A stretch of DNA of 63,876 nucleotides, the filler included. It is 6 parts of 6 records of this genome, joined end to end, with 100 filler letters (N's around TTAATTAATTAA, not from the genome) between each part and the next. Parts side by side here need not be neighbours in the genome. Positions count along the whole stretch, not along the records: positions 25,128 to 30,621 come from DRR723986_25415; positions 30,722 to 46,066 come from DRR723986_25461; 4 more parts are not named here. One strand, 5' to 3'. A model generated the notes under the pieces. It made no database searches and had not been told where the DNA came from. It saw only the letters and a program-made list of their open reading frames with translations. Shown piece after piece: positions 27,563-37,932 of this stretch; within the stretch, counting starts at the first letter, position 1; each line of letters opens with the position of its first letter. Made by a program: the position numbers and the translations under genes.

Positions 27563-29854
27563 ATGCTCACGACACCCCTGTTCCCGACCCTCGCCCTGCC
27601 GACCCAGAGCGGCGAAAGCGCCAGCCCCGGCCTCTTCGGCGGCAATATCCTCGCCCCGCGGACCGAGATGACCGGAGAGGGCGGATACGCCCGCCTCGTC
27701 AGCGATCTGGGGGTGACCGATCTGCGCTACCCCGGCGGCTCTCTGACCGAAGAGTATTTCGACATTGCCAATCCCGACGCGGTGTCGGTGACGGGGAACG
27801 AAAATGGCCAGACCGTGGACTTCATCCCGCTGTCGGATTTCATGGCGGCGGCGGCCGATCTGGGCTCTGCCGTGACCATCGTGATCCCGACGCGCACGCA
27901 ACTTTCGGACCGGGTCGATGCGAACGGCGACCGGCTTCCGGATATCGACGTCGAGACCCTGCAGGACTTCGTCCATGACGTGGCCACCGGGGTCTATGGC
28001 GACGCCAAGGTGGCGGCTTTCGAGATCGGCAACGAGTACTGGGGATCGGGCCGGATGAGCACGGCAGAATACGGCCGCCTCGCCGCAGAGATGACCGGGA
28101 TCATCCGCGACGAGTTGCGCCTCGTCGAAGAGGTCATGGGCACCGATCCCGGCATCGACGTCGTCGTGCAGACCGGGTGGAATTTCGGCTACGCCAAGTT
28201 GAGCAGGGACTACGAGGATGTGCCCGGCACCGAGGTGATCGACGATCTGAACGAGAAATACGACCTTGGCCTCGACGCCTCGGACCTTGGCCGCACCGGG
28301 GCGCCGAACTGGGCGAAGCTGTCGAACGAGCTGATGATCTCCTTCTTCGAGGGCGAGGGGGCCGAGGTCCCGGACGGGGTGGTGACGCATCTCTATTCGA
28401 AGGGTCAGGTGGCCGAGGATCAGCGCAGCTTCATGCTGCGCATGATCGACAAGACATGGGGCCAAAGCTTCGACGACATGGACGTCTACGTCACCGAATG
28501 GAACAGCTCTGCCGCCACCAGCCTGCTGGAGCGGGACGAGGACTACGGCCTGTATCAGGCGCATGAGATGCTGGAGATCGTCGAGGAATTCATGCTGAGC
28601 GGCGTGGATGTGGCCCACGCCTGGCCCCTGCTGCAGAACTCGGCGAACTCGCTCGCCATGGGGCGCGATTACGTCGAACTCAGCCCGGCGGGCCAGATGT
28701 TCGGCATGATGTCCTCTTCGCTGCCCGGCAAGACGATGCTGGATTTCGCCCCGGACAGCCTCGAGACCGAAGAGAATTTCGACGGCATCGAGCTTCATGC
28801 CTTCTACGGCGCGGGCGAGATGGTGCTCTACCTCGCCTCGACCGCCGATACGGTGGAAACCAGCACCGTGGATATCTCGGGGCTGGTCCTCGATGCCGAC
28901 GCGGTCTCGGGGCGCGTGCTGGGCGTGGCGGAAGGGCAGGGAGCGGGCTCGAACCGCTCCGACGCGGTCATCGAAACGCTGGAGGCGGAAAATGTCTTCG
29001 AGGATGGCATCCTGACCGCGGTCCTTGCCCCGGGCGAGATCCTGCAAGTCACCCTGTCCGGTCTGCAGCCGTCCGCCGGGTTTGCCGAGGTGATGCGCGA
29101 GATCGACGCGCCGCAGATCGCGGAGGACCCCGAAGCCGCGCCGGAGATCGCCGCCGCGGAAGAGGCCGTCGTCGCATCGCAGGTCCTGTCGGGTGAGAAC
29201 GGGCGGGGCGAGATCCGGTTCGGCGGCGACGGGGGCGACAGGCTTTCGGGATCGGCGGGCCGCGACTGGATCAAGGGCGCCCGCGGCGACGATACGCTGG
29301 ATGGCGGCGCCGGCTCGGACACGCTGATCGGCGGGCGCGGCGACGACCTTCTGACGGGCGCCGGCGGGCGCGACCGGCTGCGGGGATCGGAAGGCGAGGA
29401 TACGCTGGAAGGCGGAGAGGCCCGCGATCACCTGATCGGAGGGGAAGGCGACGACCTGCTGCGCGGCGGCGAGGGTCACGACCGGCTCAAGGGCGCCCGG
29501 GGCGACGACACGCTGTACGGGGGCGAGGGCGACGACACGCTGCACGGCGGGCAGGGCGGCGACACCCTGTACGGCGGGACCGGGGCAAACGAGATCACGA
29601 CCGGCTTTGGCCGGGATACCGTGGTGGTCAACGATGGCGACGAGGACTTCGTCACGCATGTGACCGACTTCACGCTCGGGCGGGACGTCCTGAAGATCCA
29701 GTCCGAGACCATCACCGATTTCGACGGCCTTCGGTTCGAGGAAACCGGCGAGGCGCTGATCCTGCTGCTGGGAGACGGGAAGCGGGTGGTGTTCGATGGC
29801 GCGTTTGACGAGGACGACCTGCGGGACCACGAGGCGATCGCCTTCGACGCGTGA
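27563..29854 (+). CDS. Clan GH-A-like glycoside hydrolase fused to RTX Ca-binding repeats (type I secretion substrate)
   Basis: GGAGG RBS before the ATG at 27563. LFGGN, LRYPGG, FEIGNEYW (acid/base) and VYVTEWN (nucleophile), then GGxGxDxLx repeats and VTDF..GRDVL. Confidence 0.88.
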   Translation: MLTTPLFPTLALPTQSGESASPGLFGGNILAPRTEMTGEGGYARLVSDLGVTDLRYPGGSLTEEYFDIANPDAVSVTGNENGQTVDFIPLSDFMAAAADLGSAVTIVIPTRTQLSDRVDANGDRLPDIDVETLQDFVHDVATGVYGDAKVAAFEIGNEYWGSGRMSTAEYGRLAAEMTGIIRDELRLVEEVMGTDPGIDVVVQTGWNFGYAKLSRDYEDVPGTEVIDDLNEKYDLGLDASDLGRTGAPNWAKLSNELMISFFEGEGAEVPDGVVTHLYSKGQVAEDQRSFMLRMIDKTWGQSFDDMDVYVTEWNSSAATSLLERDEDYGLYQAHEMLEIVEEFMLSGVDVAHAWPLLQNSANSLAMGRDYVELSPAGQMFGMMSSSLPGKTMLDFAPDSLETEENFDGIELHAFYGAGEMVLYLASTADTVETSTVDISGLVLDADAVSGRVLGVAEGQGAGSNRSDAVIETLEAENVFEDGILTAVLAPGEILQVTLSGLQPSAGFAEVMREIDAPQIAEDPEAAPEIAAAEEAVVASQVLSGENGRGEIRFGGDGGDRLSGSAGRDWIKGARGDDTLDGGAGSDTLIGGRGDDLLTGAGGRDRLRGSEGEDTLEGGEARDHLIGGEGDDLLRGGEGHDRLKGARGDDTLYGGEGDDTLHGGQGGDTLYGGTGANEITTGFGRDTVVVNDGDEDFVTHVTDFTLGRDVLKIQSETITDFDGLRFEETGEALILLLGDGKRVVFDGAFDEDDLRDHEAIAFDA
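29222..29626 (+). repeat. 15 contiguous RTX nonapeptides
   Basis: GGDGGDRLS through TGFGRDTVV, counted in the translation. Confidence 0.92.
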
Positions 29855-30135
29855 GCAGCGCCCTCGGGGCGCCCGCGCCCGGGGTCGGCAAGCGGCTTCG
29901 GGGGCGCGATCTCTCCTGCGGTCGCGCCGGAACCCGAAGGTCCGCCGCCGCCGCTGATCATGCGGTGGCGGCCTGCCGAACCGTGCTTTGCGTGCCAGCC
30001 CGCCGCCTCGACCCTCAAGCCCTGCCGCCCAGCCGCCGGTGACGAAGCCGCTTCTCGGCTGGCTAGAGGCCGCCCGGGCAGCGTCGTCCTGCCCGGGCGG
30101 TCAGCCCCCTTGGGCCAGCCGATCCCGGCCTGCGG

Positions 30136-30621
30136 TCAGGCGGGTTCCGGCACCCGCGTGATGGCGAGGCCCCCGGCGTCGAAGAGGTGCATTTGCTCGG
30201 GCGCAAAGCCCAGATGCACGGTATCCCCCGGCTCCACCATCGTCTCGCCCGGGCTTTGCACGAGGAACAGGCTGCCATCGGCCACCAGAACATGCAGCAG
30301 GGAACCGCCCCCGGTGTATTCGCTGACCGTGACCTGTCCGGACAGGATGCCCTCCTCCGGCGGAACGAGGCTCAGGTGCTCGGGCCGCAGACCCACCTGC
30401 GCCGCGTCGCCGGTGTGGATGCCGTGGCGCGACAGCTGCGGGCGGATCACGTCGGCGGGGCAGATGTTCATCTTGGGGCTGCCGATGAACTGCGCGACGA
30501 AGGTGTTGGCGGGATGCGCATAGAGTTCCTTCGGGCTGCCGACCTGTTCGATCCGCCCGTCGCGCAGCACCACGATGCGGTCCGCCAGCGTCATCGCCTC
30601 GATCTGGTCGTGGGTGACGTA
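30136..30621 (-). CDS. Sugar ABC transporter ATP-binding protein (MalK family), 5'-partial
   Basis: [19 protein letters not shown]...[16 protein letters not shown]...GLRPEHL; open at the contig edge. Confidence 0.93.
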   Translation of the reverse strand, partial: YVTHDQIEAMTLADRIVVLRDGRIEQVGSPKELYAHPANTFVAQFIGSPKMNICPADVIRPQLSRHGIHTGDAAQVGLRPEHLSLVPPEEGILSGQVTVSEYTGGGSLLHVLVADGSLFLVQSPGETMVEPGDTVHLGFAPEQMHLFDAGGLAITRVPEPA

Positions 30622-30721
30622 NNNNNNNNNNNNNNNNNNNNNNNNNNNNNNNNNNNNNNNNNNNNTTAATTAATTAANNNNNNNNNNNNNNNNNNNNNNN
30701 NNNNNNNNNNNNNNNNNNNNN
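30622..30721. other. Synthetic contig spacer
   Basis: Same 100-bp block. Confidence 0.99.
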
Positions 30722-31110
30722 TAAGGGCTCGACCCTGTTGTAAAAAATTCGGCTTGCAGATTTTGATGCGATTTTCCGGCTTTTAATCCCACTTACTCCA
30801 GAGAAGGCTACTATTCAACGCTTTTGCCTTGTTTCTTTTCCAATGCCGACATCTCTACAGGATTGAGCTCAGAGCCATCCAAATTCGCTGAAAATGGCAT
30901 AACAATTGGAGCCTCGGGCCTGCTTATTCGTGTGCTATTTTACGGCTGGTTTAAGCGTCTGAAGCTCGCCGCCCCGCTGTCGGACTATGTTTTATTACTA
31001 CAAACTCGCCGTGCACCGACTAACAAAAAGAAACAGCAAGCCACACACCGCAGGTGAAAGGGGGCGAAGCGCTCAGGAGTTCAGCAGGGTAGACGTGTTA
31101 ATAATCGCAA

Positions 31111-32820
31111 TTATCCGCCGGCCGGACTAGGTGTGCCATAGGTGAAACTTGCGAGTGCTGTGCCGATAGAATTTTCCAGTTTTTTAAAGCTGGACACGGA
31201 ATAACCATTAAACAAAATTGCGAAACTAAGTAACTCGCCGTCCAGGGTGCGCACGTAACCCGAAAGGGCACTGGCATTGCGGAGAGTGCCCGTCTTGGCG
31301 CATAAATTGTCATGTGCCGGCGTGCCGCGCATGCGTCCCTTGAGTGTACCGTCGATCCCGGCCACCGAAAGTGAACTATAAAAAGACTCACCAAAAGGTT
31401 GATCGTAGGCATTGTTTAACAGGTCTACCAAAGCACGTGGTGAGAGCAGGTTGCGCCGCGAAAGGCCGGAGCCGTCGTTGACTTTACAGGCTTTGAAGCG
31501 AATGTTCTCTTCCTGCATTGTATTCGATGTTAAAATACGCGATTCTTTGCTGGTGCTGCCGCCGCGCGGTGCCGAATACGATCCGATTAACTTAAACAGA
31601 TTTTCGGCAAAGAAATTGTTGCTGTTTTTGTTAGTGACGGTGACGATGTCCTGCAGCGTTCTGTGCGCCGAAGTCAGCACCATGGCATAAAGTGGCGGCG
31701 ACTGGACTTCGAATCCACCACCAATTCCGATTCCACCAGCTTGCAGACGGCTGTGCAAAAGCGCTGCTGCAACCATTGCCGGGTTTTTAACTTCAAACTT
31801 GTACGCGTAGCTGCGTCCCGGTTTAAGGTATCCACTTACCGTAAAATGCTGGATGCCGGAGTCGAGCAGGGCACTGGTAAACTTAACGCTCCGGCTGTAG
31901 TAACGCCCCTGACGGGATTTGGCATTAACCGTAAAACGGAAAGCATCGGAGACGGGAATTGTTTGAACCTTAAGCGGCAAGCCCGAACGCGAGGGGGCGG
32001 TAACACGCACGGTGACTTCATTGCGATTGACTGTAATTCCGGCGACGGGCGGCAGAGCCTGCACGATATCGCGATCGCCACTGTAGTGCAGACGATTGTA
32101 AACTGTGTCAAACAATTCACCATCGGCGTAAATGCGTCCACTGATTGAGTCGACGCCGAGCGCTTTAATTTTATCGGCCAATAGTTCCAGGTCGGCTGTG
32201 TTAAGCAGGGGGTCACCTCCGCCGGAGATAAACAAATTGCCGTCGAGTAAACCATTATCAATTTCGGCTGCATCTGTAAAAATTGACGTGGCCAGCGTGT
32301 GTTCGTCCGTGTGCAGATACATCGCCATGTAAGTCGTAATCAACTTGGTGGTTGATGCCGGCGTAAAAGTTTCCGCTGCATTTTTACTAAAGAAAACTTT
32401 GCCGGTGTTGTGCGACTGAACCAGCACGCCATATTTGTTGCGGCGTGCATAGCGGCTGCTGAGAATGCGATTGAGTTTAGTGCGCAGTTCTGCAATTGCT
32501 GCGGTTGAGTCTTCAGTGCTAAACACCGGAAGCGGCGCAATCGTGTCGAGCGTAAATAGAGCCAGCGAGTCCTGCGCCAGGAGCGTATCGATCGGGGCCG
32601 GATTGCGTTCAATCAGCGAATCGAGGAGCGTAGGCAATTGCAGGGAATTACCGGTGACGGATTCCTCTTCCTCCAGCTCCAAGTCCAGGTCAAAAGTTTG
32701 GTTGTACGCGCCGTGCAGGAAAGGTGCGGCGGTAAAAACAAGCAATAGGATAATGAGCCGGACGGGCCATACCTGTCCGGCGGAACGACCGGAAATGGCG
32801 ACATTGCGTAAATGAGCCAT
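31111..32820 (-). CDS. dacB: D-Ala-D-Ala carboxypeptidase/endopeptidase PBP4 (peptidase S13)
   Basis: PASTTKL (SxxK), GGGDP, SNN (SxN), DGSGLSR.N, AGIDGTL and AKTGTL motifs. Confidence 0.95.
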   Translation of the reverse strand: MAHLRNVAISGRSAGQVWPVRLIILLLVFTAAPFLHGAYNQTFDLDLELEEEESVTGNSLQLPTLLDSLIERNPAPIDTLLAQDSLALFTLDTIAPLPVFSTEDSTAAIAELRTKLNRILSSRYARRNKYGVLVQSHNTGKVFFSKNAAETFTPASTTKLITTYMAMYLHTDEHTLATSIFTDAAEIDNGLLDGNLFISGGGDPLLNTADLELLADKIKALGVDSISGRIYADGELFDTVYNRLHYSGDRDIVQALPPVAGITVNRNEVTVRVTAPSRSGLPLKVQTIPVSDAFRFTVNAKSRQGRYYSRSVKFTSALLDSGIQHFTVSGYLKPGRSYAYKFEVKNPAMVAAALLHSRLQAGGIGIGGGFEVQSPPLYAMVLTSAHRTLQDIVTVTNKNSNNFFAENLFKLIGSYSAPRGGSTSKESRILTSNTMQEENIRFKACKVNDGSGLSRRNLLSPRALVDLLNNAYDQPFGESFYSSLSVAGIDGTLKGRMRGTPAHDNLCAKTGTLRNASALSGYVRTLDGELLSFAILFNGYSVSSFKKLENSIGTALASFTYGTPSPAGG

Positions 32821-32909
32821 ATCTATGCTTTCCGCTTGCTATGGAATACTGTGGGAAGTGCCGTGGGACTGATGTCCGCACGACGGGGAATCACATGGTT
32901 TGTGAGGTA

Positions 32910-33908
32910 TCACACACCATGATCCGGGCTGCTGCTGCGCCGAATATAATCTACGGCGATTGAATCTGCAATTTCTTGTACAGATCCTGTTAATAATTTC
33001 CGCGGATCAGCGCGCCGAAACCAGGTTAATTGGCGTTTGGCATAGTTGCGCGTTTTCTGGGCACATAACTCTGCGGCGCGCTCCAGGCTGATGTCTCCGG
33101 CCAGGTGTGCCAAGACTTCTTTGTAACCAACGGTGTTAAGTGCATTGTGGGCCGCATTGTAGCCGCGCTGCAGCAGCGCTTCACATTCGGCTACGAGGCC
33201 CTGGTCAAACATTTTTTTTGTGCGCTGATTAATTCGCTCGTAGAGTTCGCTGCGCGGCTGGTCAATCTGAAAAAATAAACATTGCAGATCGCTTGGCGTT
33301 TTGCCGTCGGCCTGTGCCTGCGTGAGTGGGCGGCCATGGGTTCGCGCGTATTCGAGCGCGCGTAGAATGCGGCGTGGATTGCGATCCTGATAACGCGCGG
33401 CAGCGTCCGGATCGACGCTTTCGAGTTCGGTGAACAGAGCGTCGATGCCCCTTTCTTGTAGCTCGGATTGCAGCGCTGCACGGATGGCGTCGTTCGTGCC
33501 GCCGTCATCAAAGAGTCCATGGCAGGCGGCGCGGATATAAAGTCCGGAGCCGCCCACAATTACGGGCGTGCGTCCGGCGCGGCGCGCAGCGGCAATTGCG
33601 GCATGCGCATCTGCCGCAAAGACCCCGGCGCTGTAAGACTCGTCGGGATTGCGGATGTTGATGCAGGCGTGTGGGAAGGTTTCCAGTTCGGCGGCTGTAG
33701 GTTTGGCGGTCCCGATGTCCATGTAGCGATAAATCTGGCGGGAGTCGGCCGAAATCAATTGCAGGGGCATGCGTACGGCAAGTTCGCAGGCGACGGCTGT
33801 TTTGCCCGAAGCTGTTGGCCCCTGAATGACAATTACAGCGGAGTTTGGATCAATTTGCGTGTCTGAAGGTAGAGCTACGTCGCTGCCGGGAGCATTCATA
33901 TGCGGCAA
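32910..33908 (-). CDS. miaA: tRNA dimethylallyltransferase
   Basis: GPTASGKT, SADSRQIYRYMDIGTAKP, VGGSGLY and TRNYAKRQLTWF motifs. Confidence 0.97.
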   Translation of the reverse strand: MPHMNAPGSDVALPSDTQIDPNSAVIVIQGPTASGKTAVACELAVRMPLQLISADSRQIYRYMDIGTAKPTAAELETFPHACINIRNPDESYSAGVFAADAHAAIAAARRAGRTPVIVGGSGLYIRAACHGLFDDGGTNDAIRAALQSELQERGIDALFTELESVDPDAAARYQDRNPRRILRALEYARTHGRPLTQAQADGKTPSDLQCLFFQIDQPRSELYERINQRTKKMFDQGLVAECEALLQRGYNAAHNALNTVGYKEVLAHLAGDISLERAAELCAQKTRNYAKRQLTWFRRADPRKLLTGSVQEIADSIAVDYIRRSSSPDHGV

Positions 33909-33963
33909 AAAACCTGCGCCTGCTTAGTGTCTAATCGAATCATTCTTGGGTATCGGACCCGTC

Positions 33964-34626
33964 TCATTCGCTCCAGCCCTGGCGACCGAGCAGAGGGACA
34001 AAGCGGAAATCGTGAAATTCTTCGCCGCTCAGTTCACCATCGGCGCCGCGTGTGATGCGGTAGAGCGTCTGTTTTTCTTTATCGCCCACCGGAATTACAA
34101 GGCGTCCGCCCTCGGCAAGCTGATCGGTCAATGCCTTGGGGACGTCCGGCGCACCGGCCGTAACGATAATGCCGTCATAGGGCGCAAACGTGGTCCAGCC
34201 GATAGTGCCGTCGCCGCAGTGGCAAGCGACATCAATTCCGAGGCGACTAAATGCCGCACCGGCGCGCTCATGCAGTTCAGGATGCCGTTCTATGCTGAAA
34301 ACTTTGAGGCCCAGAGCGTGCAGGACAGCGGCCTGATATCCGGAGCCGGTTCCAATTTCCAGAACCTTTTGACCGGGCTGCAGGCCCAGGATCTGCGTCA
34401 TAAATGCAACGGTGTAGGGCTGTGAGATTGTCTGGCGGCAGTCGATCGGCAGCGCGGAGTTCTCGTAGGCGCGTGCGTTAAACGCATCGGACACAAATTC
34501 TTCGCGTGGTACGGAGCGCAGGGCCTTGAGTACGGCTTCATCGCTGATGCCTTGTTCCTGTAGTTCGCGCACCAGTTCGTTGCGTGAGATTTCGGTTCTG
34601 CTTAATAATCGCGAGCGTGTGGACAT
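33964..34626 (-). CDS. pcm: Protein-L-isoaspartate O-methyltransferase
   Basis: VPREEFV, QTISQPY, VLEIGTGSGYQAAVL, APYDGIIVTA and FVPL motifs. Confidence 0.97.
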   Translation of the reverse strand: MSTRSRLLSRTEISRNELVRELQEQGISDEAVLKALRSVPREEFVSDAFNARAYENSALPIDCRQTISQPYTVAFMTQILGLQPGQKVLEIGTGSGYQAAVLHALGLKVFSIERHPELHERAGAAFSRLGIDVACHCGDGTIGWTTFAPYDGIIVTAGAPDVPKALTDQLAEGGRLVIPVGDKEKQTLYRITRGADGELSGEEFHDFRFVPLLGRQGWSE

Positions 34627-34750
34627 CGTAATTCTGGTTTAGCGTAGGATGGATGTTTTTGTTTGCAAATGAGTCTTAAGCCCAAAGTCTGTGCCTAGCA
34701 AGCACTGTGCTGCTGGTTTGACTTCGCGTACTATTTGTGTGCCGGCGCAG

Positions 34751-35566
34751 TTATCCATTGCCGAAGGAGAAAGTTTTGCGTTCGCGTTGCGGGTTCTCAA
34801 GCGTCAGGCTCTCGCGCAGCTGTTCTTCCAGCTGATCAAGCGTTAATCCGCGCTGCATGCGTCCCTCTTCGGCCACGGAAATAAAACCGGTTTCTTCGGA
34901 AACTACAAGTGCCAGGACGTCTGCCTGTTCTGAGATACCCAGCGCGGCGCGATGGCGCGTGCCGAGTTTAGTATTATCAATCCGCGTTGTTAAACTCAGC
35001 GGCAAAATGCAACCGGCCGCCTGCACCTGGCCGTCCTGCACGATGACGGCGCCGTCGTGCAGCGGCGATTTTACATTAAATATTGAGATTAACAGCTCTT
35101 TGGTCAGCTGCCCCTGAATCGCTACACCTGTATCGGTTGATATCGCCGTGTTGCGGTCGCGCGCAAATACAATCAATGCGCCCGTGTGTTTTTCTGACAT
35201 TTCGCGGACGGCATCCAGGACTTCGTCGATCGTCTCGGTAATGTCGGTTTTGGCAAAGAAGTTAAACAGCGGCGCGCGCAGGAGCGGCATCAGCAGCCGC
35301 CGGATTTCAGGCTGGAAGAGAATAATAAATGCTATCAGCCAGATATCGGAAAGAGAACCAAGCAGCCAGTTGAGAGCGCGGATGTCAAAGGCCGTGGTAA
35401 ACAGGTAGAGCGCCATGACGATTAACACGCCGGAGATCACCTGAAATGTGACGGTGTTGCGCAGTGACTGGTATAAACGGTAGAATATGGCGGTGACTAC
35501 CGCGATGTCAAGCACATCGAGGAAGGTCACATCCACAAAACCGATATTAAACAGCTCTTCACTCAT
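34751..35566 (-). CDS. cdaA: Diadenylate cyclase CdaA/DacA type
   Basis: Three N-terminal TM helices, FQPEIRR, SPLHDGA, LGTRHRAALGISE and VSEETG motifs. Confidence 0.94.
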   Translation of the reverse strand: MSEELFNIGFVDVTFLDVLDIAVVTAIFYRLYQSLRNTVTFQVISGVLIVMALYLFTTAFDIRALNWLLGSLSDIWLIAFIILFQPEIRRLLMPLLRAPLFNFFAKTDITETIDEVLDAVREMSEKHTGALIVFARDRNTAISTDTGVAIQGQLTKELLISIFNVKSPLHDGAVIVQDGQVQAAGCILPLSLTTRIDNTKLGTRHRAALGISEQADVLALVVSEETGFISVAEEGRMQRGLTLDQLEEQLRESLTLENPQRERKTFSFGNG

Positions 35567-35699
35567 TGATTGCTTGTGCCTGCTGCGCGTGTTTTGATGA
35601 TTGCGGAACTCTGTGGCGTATCATCTCGCCAACGCTCAAATATAAGCGTCAGCGAGATGAGGTTCATTGAATAATGTTCTGGTGACGCCGGCGCGGCGC

Positions 35700-36782
35700 T
35701 TATTCGGCGCCTTGTGGATCGCCACTGGGCTCATCTGCCGGGCTTGCGGATGAAGTATTGTTAGAACTGCTGTGCGCATGTTTGACTTTGCGCGGCGCGT
35801 TTTCCTCGTCGTCGTCCTTCTCCGTTTCGTATGATTCATAGGCTTCAATGATGTCGGCCACCAGGCGGTGGCGCACAACGTCGCCGCGATTGAAATATAC
35901 GAACTCAATGCCTTTGACGTGATTCAGAACACTCTGAACGTTAACCAGTCCGGACATTGAGCGTGAAGGCAGGTCGATTTGAGTTATATCACCCGTGATT
36001 ATCGTCTTGGAGTTGCGTCCAAGGCGCGTCAGGAACATCTTCATCTGTGTGACGGTCGTGTTCTGGGCTTCGTCCAGCACGATAAATGCGCCGTTGAAAG
36101 TTCGCCCGCGCATGTATGCGAGGGGGATGACTTCAACAATGCGTTTTTCGAGCAGGCTGCGCAGCTTTTCAGCGCCGAGCATATCGGCCAGGGCATCAAA
36201 AATCGGTCGCAAATATGGATCGACTTTTTCCTGGAAGTCACCGGGCAGGAAACCCAGGGACTCACCGGCTTCCACCGCCGGGCGTGAAACCAGAACGCGT
36301 GAGACGTCGCCGCGTTTGAGCGCCGCCAGAGCCAGGGCTACAGCCAGATAGGTTTTACCAGTTCCAGCCGGGCCGATGGCAAAGACGACATCATTTTCAC
36401 GCACATGCCGCACATAGGCCAGCTGCGTAGGCGTGCGTGTGTTGATGTCTTCCTTTACGCCGCGATACACCAATTTTTCGTTGGCACCGGATTTGCCACT
36501 GCTGCTGCGGCGTTCGGGAACACCACCCACCAAATCAATGACCGTCAGGACATCTTCCTGGTTCAGTTCGCCGGTGCGGCCAATAATGTATTGTAGTTCC
36601 TTGATGACAGTTTCTACGCGCTTAATATCTTCCTGGCTACCACGGACGATGGCCCATTCTCCACGAACAGTGATCGAGGCTCCAAAGCGCTTTTCGATCA
36701 TGTTCAGGTTTGTGTCGTTGTATCCCAGGAGGAGAAGCCGATCGGCGGCTTCCAGATTGATCCTTTTTTCTGCCAGCTCCAT
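35700..36782 (-). CDS. phoH: PhoH-family ATPase (YbeZ-like)
   Basis: GPAGTGKTYLA, RPAVEAGE.LGFLPGD, YMRGRT, LDEAQN, GDITQIDLP and DVVRH motifs. Confidence 0.95.
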   Translation of the reverse strand: MELAEKRINLEAADRLLLLGYNDTNLNMIEKRFGASITVRGEWAIVRGSQEDIKRVETVIKELQYIIGRTGELNQEDVLTVIDLVGGVPERRSSSGKSGANEKLVYRGVKEDINTRTPTQLAYVRHVRENDVVFAIGPAGTGKTYLAVALALAALKRGDVSRVLVSRPAVEAGESLGFLPGDFQEKVDPYLRPIFDALADMLGAEKLRSLLEKRIVEVIPLAYMRGRTFNGAFIVLDEAQNTTVTQMKMFLTRLGRNSKTIITGDITQIDLPSRSMSGLVNVQSVLNHVKGIEFVYFNRGDVVRHRLVADIIEAYESYETEKDDDEENAPRKVKHAHSSSNNTSSASPADEPSGDPQGAE

Positions 36783-36934
36783 ACGATCCTATATTAGGTT
36801 AGGCAATGAATAAGTTGAGAGTCAGCAGCGCAGCAGCACTGCGGGCGGGCGTCAAAGGGGGCGTCATAGGGGGCGGCAAGGTGTTGCATAACAATCACGT
36901 ATTTCAGCGCGCGCGAAAGAAAATTGGGTAGAAC

Positions 36935-36975
36935 AAAAAAAAGTCCCGTACGCCAAACGGCGTACGGGACTTTTT
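36935..36975 (-). terminator. Intrinsic terminator after the LysM gene
   Basis: AAAAAGTCCCGTACGCC-AAAC-GGCGTACGGGACTTTTT perfect stem with an 8-nt U run on the minus strand. Confidence 0.9.
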
Positions 36976-36998
36976 AGTTTCCAGTAACCTGTTGGTCA

Positions 36999-37793
36999 TT
37001 AGTTGCCGGCGCTGCCTGCGTCAGACGATGCATCGCCTGTCGATCCGGCTTCGCTGCTTTTCTGACGCCAGTAACGGCGTTCTGCTTTCTGCTCATCAGA
37101 GGTTTTTGGACCCTTTGGCGGAATCTGCAGAACCTGACCCGGGAAGATAATGTCCGGGTTACGGATTTGATCCGTATTGGCTTGCCAGATTTTTGGCCAC
37201 ATGAAAGCATCAGCATAGATGTCGTTTTTGGCGGCGATGTTCCACAGACAGTCGCGGTCTTTCGCCCAGGTGCCAACCGTGTAGGTTGTAATTTTCTTCT
37301 CGCGGTAAAGGCCTTTGATGTCGCGACCAAGTTGAACCATGCGATCGAAGAACTGCGGCATAACCGCGATTTTGTTCTTCTGCAGTTCTTTGTATTGGCG
37401 GTCCAGTTCTTCAACTTCAGCGCGGCGGTCAGCCAACTCATCGTTGGAGAGGCGCTTCATCTCGCGAACTTTGCCCTCAAGGACACCAAGTTTCTGTGCA
37501 AATGCATCGATGTCAGCTTGTGTAGCACCAACCAGTGCGTAGAGCGCTTCGTTACATTTTTTGAGTTCTGCGTTAAGGCGATCAAGTTCGGCGCGAGCCT
37601 TGGTGATATCGCCATCGACTTCAGAGAGGCGCTTTTCCAGATCGGCAACTTTTTCTTTCAGTTGCGTGATGCGGATTACAGCATTTTCTTCGGTCAATCT
37701 TTCATCTGGCGTTGATGCGCTATACTGTTGCGCCGACAAAGGAGCAACAACAACTGTCAGCGCCAGGATAAGGAGGAGAATAGAACGTTTCAT
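36999..37793 (-). CDS. Secreted coiled-coil protein with a C-terminal LysM domain
   Basis: Signal peptide MKRSILLL...LSA, heptad-rich middle, and TYTV...DCLWNIA...WPKIWQAN..I.NPD.IFPGQVL.IP. Confidence 0.9.
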   Translation of the reverse strand: MKRSILLLILALTVVVAPLSAQQYSASTPDERLTEENAVIRITQLKEKVADLEKRLSEVDGDITKARAELDRLNAELKKCNEALYALVGATQADIDAFAQKLGVLEGKVREMKRLSNDELADRRAEVEELDRQYKELQKNKIAVMPQFFDRMVQLGRDIKGLYREKKITTYTVGTWAKDRDCLWNIAAKNDIYADAFMWPKIWQANTDQIRNPDIIFPGQVLQIPPKGPKTSDEQKAERRYWRQKSSEAGSTGDASSDAGSAGN

Positions 37794-37932
37794 TCCGTGC
37801 ACTTTGCAGCTAGTTGATTGAGTTTGAATGTTCATTGTTTCGTACCGGTGTTTTCCGGGGAATATTGGCCGTTTGGGGCTTGTTGCGGGCGTGATAAGCC
37901 GGTATCAAGCCGACCCAGGGAATGTTTGGTGT

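Noticed and set aside
27092-29830. 912-aa minus-strand ORF
   Set aside because: Antisense shadow of the GH-RTX gene in very GC-rich DNA; no recognisable motifs.
30731-30863. GACCCTGTTGTAAAAAA as an IS or MITE end near the contig start
   Set aside because: The putative partner end matches poorly and no transposase sequence is visible.
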